A DNA stretch of 64,000 bases, taken from NCBI GenBank assembly GCA_012295275.1, contig CM022678.1:17732001-17796000 (forward strand). The letters are read 5' to 3'. Every line of letters starts with the position of its first letter. Position 1 is the stretch's first letter. Positions 55,651-64,000 of the stretch are shown piece after piece. Source of the stretch: Chrysomallon squamiferum. Lineage: Eukaryota > Animalia > Mollusca. Under the pieces are notes generated by a model, which saw nothing but the letters and a program-made list of their open reading frames with translations, had not been told where the DNA came from and searched no databases. A program made the translations under genes and the position numbers.

Positions 55651-57255
55651 GTAAAGAGAAAATGTTAGCACCCGCTTACCACTGAAAATATTGTACTTTT
55701 ATTTGCCATACTTTATTATTAGCAAAGTCTCACTGCCATTAACAAATCTGTAAAAGCAATGTTAAAAATGTTGTGAAAGAAAAAAAAAAAAACCCCAGGT
55801 AAATGAGATGCTGACTTACAACACTTTTTTTTCTCCGTCGCAGTAATGCTGTTGTTGCAGTTGCTGTTGTTGGTGTTTTTGCCCAAAGATGGCAAAACGA
55901 GTTTGTGATTTTTTAAGACACCTCTAGGTGGATGGAACAAAGAGAGACAACTCTCACAGTAAGATATTTGTGGGCAGTCGACGCAGGTTTTTACAGCAAA
56001 TTTGGTCGAATCTTCACACAGCGAGCAGGGAACATTGCTAGGAGAGGTGCTGTTCTTTGAGGTGTTCCTTAAAACACACACATTTTTATTTCATGTCACA
56101 CATAAATTTATTTGATATTAAAAGGCTGAACAATAATAACAAGAACATAATTTTTTTCCAATGAACATTCAAAGATTTGAATTTTTATTTATTAAGTATT
56201 ATGTTTTCATCAGTCATTTTGTAAATATCATCTCCTTCAACAGTTCTACCACAGTTAAACCCAATAAAAACCCAGTTTTTTCAATCCTTAAATTTCAAAG
56301 CTCATAAATAATAAAAACAAATTTTGTTGTTTAGCAAATGTTTTTTCTTTGTTTTTCTCACACTAATATTCTGTATCTCAAAACAATATTTTATCACAAT
56401 TTCACTGACAAATGTAAAATAGACTTGGATGTGATAATCAATGCAGAGTACTGACTCAAATCTCACACTTGGTTATGTATGCATTGTACAAATCATTATT
56501 TACCCCCTCAGTGTTCCATAAAACAAATGAAGTCAAAGTAAATTTGTGGGATTAATTTTTACCATTACATGCCAACATTCACCACTGTTTTCAAATGGGT
56601 GAAAATGTTGGATAAAGTCTAAAGTTACCATAACCCTTATAAAAGAAATCTGCAGAGATTTACAAAATATTTATTAATTTGGGCTAAGTTTAAGTGTAAG
56701 AAATTTACAGGAATCCTAGTCACAAAATGAAAATTGGATTCAGTAAATTGGATTATGTCTGTATATTATATGTATATGTATATATCAAAACCTTTTAGTG
56801 TAGCCACATAGACAAATTTTTATTATTAAAATATGGGTAATTATATATATATATGTTTCATATATATGTGGCATTATTTTTATTATTTTTATTATCAAAA
56901 TAAATTCATATTTACAAGTTTGTGGTAATGAAGAAGATAAAAAAAAATGTTATTCACTAAGTTTTATTACTGGAATCTACCTGTACGTGTCGACAATTCT
57001 TAGCAGGGCAAAGTTTGTTGACAGACCAGCCACACCCTTCCCGTCTATGTTTGTGTTCTGTCGACACTCTGGACAGATGATAAACGACGTCCACTGGTTC
57101 CTCCACTTCTGTGACCTGTCTCTGCCAGACTGGACCAAGCTGACCATGCAGTCGTGGCAGTAGGTGTGCATGCACTGCAGAACCTTTGGGTTGGTGTACA
57201 GTTCCAGACACACTGCACACGTGAGATCCTGCGACAACGTGTCTGCCGTGGCCAT
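53590..57255 (-). CDS. TRIM-like E3 ligase: RING, B-box1, FN3, SPRY/B30.2-like; 4 exons, ~491 aa if two frame breaks are corrected (possible pseudogene)
   Basis: Exons: 57255-56981 (RING CAVC..CMHTYCHDC..CPEC plus NFALLRIVD), 56067-55820 (B-box1 CSLC..CVDC..YCESC..FHPPRGVLKNHKL), 55072-54767 (FN3: FEGLRHETLYLVSVAA), 54236-53590 (SPRY-like: GDRVLSDGCHYWEV..FGFFLNM). Frame breaks occur at ~54198-54201 and ~53745. Confidence 0.8.
55270..55445 (+). mobile_element. Degenerate SINE-like interspersed repeat
   Basis: Shares motif order with 18025-18135 and lies in TRIM intron 2. Confidence 0.35.
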
Positions 57256-57335
57256 CGTTGATGTTGTTTTTAACTACGTCTGAAAGACAAAGTATGAAAT
57301 TGAAGAAATTACTGAATTAACTGTTTTATTTCATC

Positions 57336-57371
<36 letters not shown>

Positions 57372-58034
57372 TTATTTTTTAATTTATATATTTATTTATT
57401 ATTTTTTAATTTTTTTTTTTTTTAATATATTTGGTATTGGGGAAGAGAGGATAACTAGTGCTATTCTCTCTCAAGGCTGTCTGGGTCAATATCACAGAAA
57501 GGTGTTGCTGTCGACTGTTTATTCTTAGCCAACCATGTGATTTTTCTAAAGAGCAAAGGTGCTCTGATGAAAAGTATGAGTTTGGGAGTGTAAAGTCAGT
57601 CTTAGGCAGACTGGTCTGTGTTGATTATCCTGAAATCACACGTAGTGTATGATGAATAGTGTAGGTAGCTGCTACTGAATCCTGTTGTTTTCATTTAAAT
57701 CAGTAAAGATACACTAACCTAATTAACCAGGAAATGTCAACAAGGGTTAGCTTGTGTCTGTGGCGACGGGTTAAGTTGAACAACACCACAACTTGCTCAA
57801 CATTGGTTATCGAAACTTGAGTTTTGGAGCACTTCATCAGTTTTGTTGTAAATAATAACACTGGAACTATAATGAACTAGGAGATAGGCTAGTCTAAGGT
57901 TACACAAGATTAAATTAACTATGTCTACTGATCATGTTTCTGACTGGACTGGACTGTTTACAGCATCTTTATTAAGCATGTTTACAACACAGCGATGGAT
58001 GCCTGGATGTTTTTTCATCCAGATAATCCACGTG

Positions 58035-58250
58035 AAAGTTGCAGGAAAGTTATATTAAAGCACCACATTGCTAGGGTTGATGTTGTAGGCAATGATGATG
58101 AATTTGAGATGTATTCTTTCAAATGGTAGTTATCTGAAGATGTTTTATTTATTCCAAATTCACAGAACCAATCTTCATTCTCCTGGGATGATATCATCCA
58201 TAAACTTACCAAGTCAAAGACTACTGGGGAATCTGTTTAGATGCAACCAT
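58035..58250 (+). mobile_element. Possible decayed DNA-transposon coding remnant
   Basis: The broken translation KVAGK..LKHHIARVDVVGNDDEFE..VLFIPNSQNQSSFSWDDIIHKLTKSKTTG contains stops and resembles, from memory, C-terminal regions of invertebrate pogo-type transposases. Confidence 0.25.
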
Positions 58251-59806
58251 AAAAAAAAAAATGCAAGTTGTCTACAGTCTTACCTAATGCACATGAATGT
58301 AGCCACTGGTTATTTATTTTTGGAAATGTAAATAAAAAATAAAATAAAATAAATAAAAAGTCACATAATAAAACAGTGTCACTCATTACATATGTGTTGG
58401 TAAGAATGGGTTTTTTTTTTTTTTTGGCATCTACATCACTTATCACCATTAACTGGCGTCGGTGTTAAAAAAAAAAATTGATTGGTTTGACTAATCTGTA
58501 GTTTATATACTTTTATATCACTTTTTTAATAATTTTAGAAGAAAAAAAAAAGTTGCAAAATTTTCAGTAAAACATTAACTAATAAAGGAAAGATCCAAAC
58601 TGCAATATGACATAGTGTTGTTGTTGTTGTTAGTATTCATCATGGTGTTTTAGATTAAGTACATTCATTGCATTGATTACGTCAGCAACATCTGGACACG
58701 TGGGTGTGTCAAAAAATGCACATAAATTGTCATTTATATCAAAAATAAATTTTAAAAACATATAATAGTAATAATTCTTATAAACCAGACTATGGCTTAC
58801 TTTCTTCCAGTACTTCTGCAGATGATACAGAATACAAAAATAAACACTTTAGCTATTAAAAAATAAAGAAAAGAAATACAAAATAAAACATGGGGGGAAG
58901 GGAGTATAACTGTATAGGTATTTTTAGTAACGTTTGATATGTCCTGAAATTTCCTTTACAGATTATGGAGCACCGATGTTCAAATACAGCTCGCCATCGA
59001 TTTCACGGACTAATAGGAAGGTTAGGAGTCTGGAAAATAAAAACCATGACAAGTCGTGAATGTTAACATTAGCCCTACAGTTTACCGAAACGTTAACCTT
59101 TAGTACAGATAACAGTAATACAGTAATATAAAAATGTAAGAACTATTCAGACATAAAAACAATTTCACAGAATGTAAATAAAAATGTTTATTAGGTTAGG
59201 ATGATTATGGGTGCGGTTGTAAAATGTACTCTTACATCGACGTAAAGTGAGTTGATAGACTGGCACTAAGAATAAAGTAATAGCACTCGGAGACAAGGTT
59301 TCAGTTGAGAAAAGGCGGCAAGTTCAAATTTTGTGATTTTGTTCCAGATCTGGTCTGGATTTCACGAAATCCGAAAAACCGACATGAAGAAAACGATGGT
59401 CAAGAGAAGAATTTAAAAATTAATGCAGAAAACTGTAGTTTGCTGTTTATATTTGTCGCTTCTTAGCAGTGGTTTTACTCAATATTGGTCTTGATTATCA
59501 TTATTTTTGTTGTTCCGGTGTTAATTCTGGCTCGTAAATTCAGATCAAAGTACATTATTTTTTCGAAATTTTGATGTTTTATTATTATTATTATTTTTTT
59601 TTTTTTTTTTTTTTTTGATATTAGAACAAATATTTGAAGAAAAATAAAATAAAATAAAATAAAAACATGCTTCAATTATCTTTAGAGAAAATAATTTTTC
59701 ACATGCATATTTAAAAAGATGGGTAAACACATAGTATGTTTTCTAACAACAAGGAAATAAGATTCTCATGGAAACGCCGGAAAGAAAAAATACTAGTTGC
59801 TGTGCT

Positions 59807-59850
<44 letters not shown>

Positions 59851-60166
59851 GGAAATGTTTGCATTAACTACTTTAAATAATGCTTTCTTAATGTCTAACA
59901 AAATTACCACGTAATGATATCTGCTCACTGGTAATAGAGTAATTTAGTTTGATTAAAACCTGAAATGGGGAAAGTATATAAGAAAGTTATAAGAAAGAAT
60001 AGGGAAAATAACCACAATATGACATAATAACAATCATAATAACAACAACAAAAGTAGTGAGGGTGATGACAATAATAATAATAGTAACCACAAAAAATAA
60101 CAGTAGCATGATCACAACAGCAACAACAACAACAATACTGCTGCTACTACTACTACTATTACTGAC

Positions 60167-60210
<44 letters not shown>

Positions 60211-61024
60211 TGAATTTTCAAACCGGACAGTATCCAGATATGAACTTAGGTACAGGGAGATAAACTTTGTATCGAACGTGACTCGGATCTCGTGCAAATA
60301 TCACATCTGTTATGTCATGTGACCGTTTTCCTTAGACGGGTCAGTTTGTTCTATTATTAAAATAGTGCGACTGATAAATACGATATTCTTTCTTCTGACC
60401 TCACCTAATTTTAGGCTTTAGGGCCTCCTCCGAAGTGAACAGAGCCTTTTTTTCTCTAATCTTTGGACTAAGCAGCCTCATGGATAATATGACCCTGACT
60501 CCTACCCCGTCTGCTCATTTAGATATAAATAGTTTGTTTAATGATGAAGATGTGAAGGAAAATTCACTCTTGTTATCAAAGTTGTGAAGTGGGCGGTTAA
60601 TGCACGTAGAGAGGAAAGAAAAAGCAAACTGGCGTTTAGTTAAACACCAACAAAATACGCCCCCCCCAAAAAAAAATCAGTTATGGAACTGTAACTGGTA
60701 ACAATACAGATTGTAACGGGTAATTGGCACTATTATTTATTTATCTAGTTAGTTATTTTATTATATTTTTATTACTATTATTATAATTTAACAATAACAA
60801 GCAATAATAAATGAAATAAATAAATAAATAAATAAATAACTGCAAAACAAAATTAAAAATTAAAAAAAGAAGAAAAATTGGACTATTTTCTTATCACACC
60901 CATAAATGCATCAAAAAAATAAAATAAAATAAAATAAAAATTCGAAAGACAATGACCGCCTCGGACCAGTGTGTTCTAAAATAGAATTCGTTATGGAATG
61001 GTCACCAGATAAGCCTCGATGTGA

Positions 61025-61062
61025 ATCACGTGATCTCGGCCACGTTTTTCAGTCTATAAATA
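61025..61062 (+). promoter_or_regulatory. E-box and TATA box upstream of the C1q-domain gene
   Basis: Palindrome ATCACGTGAT at 61025-61034 and TATAAATA at 61055-61062, 58 nt before the ATG at 61120. Confidence 0.6.
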
Positions 61063-61119
61063 CGGGTGCCAGTGTTTGGGAAAAGATTCTCGCTCGGTGT
61101 TTTAAGACGCAGCAACACT

Positions 61120-61890
61120 ATGGAGGTACGCGCGTTCAAATCCACGCTGTTGATCGTACTCGTTACAAGCTACGTCAGTGTTAACTATGGCATGCTCGTG
61201 AACGGAGATCAGCCTTCTACAAAGGACGACATCTCTTTAGTACTCAGACTTGTTGCCCGGATTCACGCTCGCCAGGGGGAAATCGAAAACGAGTTCAGTC
61301 TGATAAACAGCACGATGATTCAGCTGACCGGCGACAACGTTGATCTGAACAACCAGACGTCTGTGCTGGCATCAAACGTCAAGTCCCTAGCGTCGGAAAG
61401 CGCCATTTTGAAACAGCAGCTTAAGAAACTAAACGAAACGATCACGAACCTTTCCAACAACCAGAAAGCGACGGCCACAGACGTGGCGCCGCTGAAACAA
61501 AACGTGACGTCGCTGGTTGCCAAGACCGACGAACTGCATGCGAAGTTTTTGGATTTTAACAGGACGTTGGCTACCGTGCAGTCCGCGAGCGCTCAGAAAG
61601 TAGAAAAACTCTCTAAAGACATGACGTCGGAGCTCGCCTCGCTCAGGTCTGAGAACTCTGACCTGAAACACCAGCTGGCGGAACTACGTCACAACGTCAG
61701 CTATTTGTCAAAACCTTCCGCTCCCCATTCCCGGGCGACGTTAACGTGACGAAGGCTGACGTTGAAAAACTGAAACAAGAGACCATGCTCATCAAAAATG
61801 AAGCCTCGCAACTTTTAAATCAGATCATTGAAGTGAAAGGCAGTGTACGCGCTTTGGAAGGTAAGCCGTTTCTCCTCCTCCTCCTCCTCA

Positions 61891-61943
<53 letters not shown>

Positions 61944-63273
61944 TTTCTACTACAACAACTACTACTACTACTGCTACTGCTACTATAATTACTACTATTA
62001 TTGCTATTACTACTACCACTGCTACTACTGCAACTACAACTACTAATACTAGTAATACTATTGCTACCACTACAACTACCATTCCTATTACTTGTAATAC
62101 TGTTACTACTGACAGTTGCTGGAAGTAACATTTGTGTTACTCTACAACAATCACAAACACTACTGTTATATTTCAACTACTACTATTACTATTGCTATTA
62201 CTACTGCTGCTGCAGTAACAGCGACAACAACAACTACCATTACTATTACTGATACTTTTACTACTACCATTACTACCGCTACTCCTCTACAACTTCAACC
62301 ACTACTCCTACTACAACTTCAACCACTACTACTGCTGTTTCTTCTACCACTACTACTACCACCACCACCACTACTGTACTACAGCTACTACTACTAATAT
62401 TTTTGCTATTCAATCTACTGTTGTTACTACTACTATTACTACTTCCACTACGATTACAAGCAGTAGCATTAGTACAACCAATGCCTTTACTAACATCATT
62501 TATGCCACTCATTTACATTATCATCCAAGTATCATTAGTACTACATTTCTGTACCATTACTTACTAATAGTACCACACTGCTTCTAGTATTGCTATCTCT
62601 GCTACTAAATCTACTACTGTAAGATTAAAATAATCACCATTATTGCTGCTGTTACTCCAAAGTATCCACTTTTGTCACTCCGATCTCTCCTGCTAGTGTT
62701 GTTCTTTAAATCGGTATCATAACCTATAACAATAATCAGGTTATCTATCGAAGCATTACAGTCAAACCGCAATTACCAGAACATCAGTTATTCTCAACCT
62801 AACAGTTTCAAGTTCAGGTGAATATTTCGTTATGTGTACTGTGCGTAACACAGAACTTGTGACCAATACTTACGCTGCTGGTTCGTATTTTGTTTAAAAC
62901 GATTAAAAGTGAATCCCAGTTAATAAGAACAAGCAAAATTTAATAGTCACGTGAAAAACGTGTTTACCGACAGTGATAAAGATAACATGATTTTGTTTTC
63001 AATGTGCACGTGTGAACTGTGTTGTTTTTGTTAATTATTATTATTATTATTATTCATGTTTTTATCTCAATTCGTTACACGTTAAATAATGTTGATGTAC
63101 ACACACATACACACACAACAAACACGCATTTTAAAGCTTGACGAAATCAGTGGTGTCTTTATCTGCGAGTACGTATCTTGTACAGTTTATTTTCGCAATT
63201 TTATTTAGATATTTTGGAGTCTCAGAACATTGCCATATTCTATCAGAAACCAGCTTTTAACCTAGTTTTTGCA

Positions 63274-63317
<44 letters not shown>

Positions 63318-63351
63318 TTAAACATTAAAGTTATTTTTAAAGAAATTACAT

Positions 63352-63403
<52 letters not shown>

Positions 63404-63923
63404 TGTAACATATATATTTCGCGGAAATAAATAAATATATATATACAAACTTTAATTTATATAATCTGCCCTTAACAGAAACAAACTGAAAAAGTTTAAT
63501 TTTGTTTTTGTAGGGCATCATGGCAGAGAGATAATGTTTATGGCAATGTTCGACTTCGATCAGTACCGCGTCGCTAAAAACATCCCCCTCGTCTTTAATT
63601 ACGCCCCTTTGAACGTCGGCAACGGTTACAACACGATCACGGGGAAATTTAAGGCCCCGTTGGCAGGGGTTTACATGTTCTTTGTTCAAATTCAAAGTCG
63701 AGTTGAGGGACTAGTGTACGTTGACGTTGTTAAAAACGGACATAATGTAGCAGAAATTTATTCAGCTTTGGAAACCGGAAAGCGAGACGAAGCCGGAAGT
63801 ACGCACGTTATGTTGAGGCTAAACGCCGGAGATGAAGTCTGGGTGATCAGGAGAGGAAACGCTGATGCTTATTATGGAAATTACAGAAGTCACTTCACGG
63901 GATTTCTCCTACCTGACCAGTAG
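61120..63923 (+). CDS. Secreted C1q-domain-containing protein (signal peptide, coiled coil, gC1q), 2 exons, ~383 aa after restoring one missing base
   Basis: Exon 1 (61120-61860) encodes a hydrophobic signal peptide, a heptad-like region and several NxS/T sequons, and ends G|GTAAGC. Exon 2 (63514-63923) encodes gC1q: LNVGNGYNTITGKFKAPLAGVYMF..VVKNG..LRLNAGDEVWV..FTGFLL. A frame break lies at ~61723-61735. Confidence 0.9.
61892..62620. repeat. (ACT)n microsatellite decaying into low-complexity sequence, C1q gene intron
   Basis: Directly visible. Confidence 0.85.
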
Positions 63924-64000
63924 ATGTGTTAACACTGAAAATAATGATAATAATAAAATAAATTTAAGCAGAAATAAATTCATATCCAATGTATAAATAT

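Overview
AT-rich, microsatellite-dense animal genomic DNA with spliceosomal introns. It is most likely molluscan (gastropod-like); this is inferred from gene content, not proven. I reconstructed six protein-coding genes by hand, checking GT/AG boundaries and exon phases. They alternate strictly in strand (- + - + - +): TUBGCP5 (22 coding exons, intact, one GC-AG intron); an unidentified 2-exon Ser-rich gene; a PDZ + 2xPH gene (PDZPH1-like, 11 exons, intact); MRNIP; a RING/B-box1/FN3/SPRY TRIM-like gene; and a secreted coiled-coil C1q-domain gene. Main observations: (1) tandem duplications repeatedly straddle splice sites and create decoy acceptors/donors, and every TUBGCP5 decoy I traced leads to a premature stop, including a ~26 x 54-nt array of AG|GT sites; (2) six reading-frame breaks fall in four genes and none in the other two. 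Assembly indels are the default explanation, but one break coincides with an in-frame G_GGA_AAC slippery heptamer followed by a possible pseudoknot; (3) two MITE copies resemble, from memory, mammalian Tigger4; (4) the TRIM lacks B-box2 and the coiled coil. No database searches were run; family calls rest on recognised motifs.
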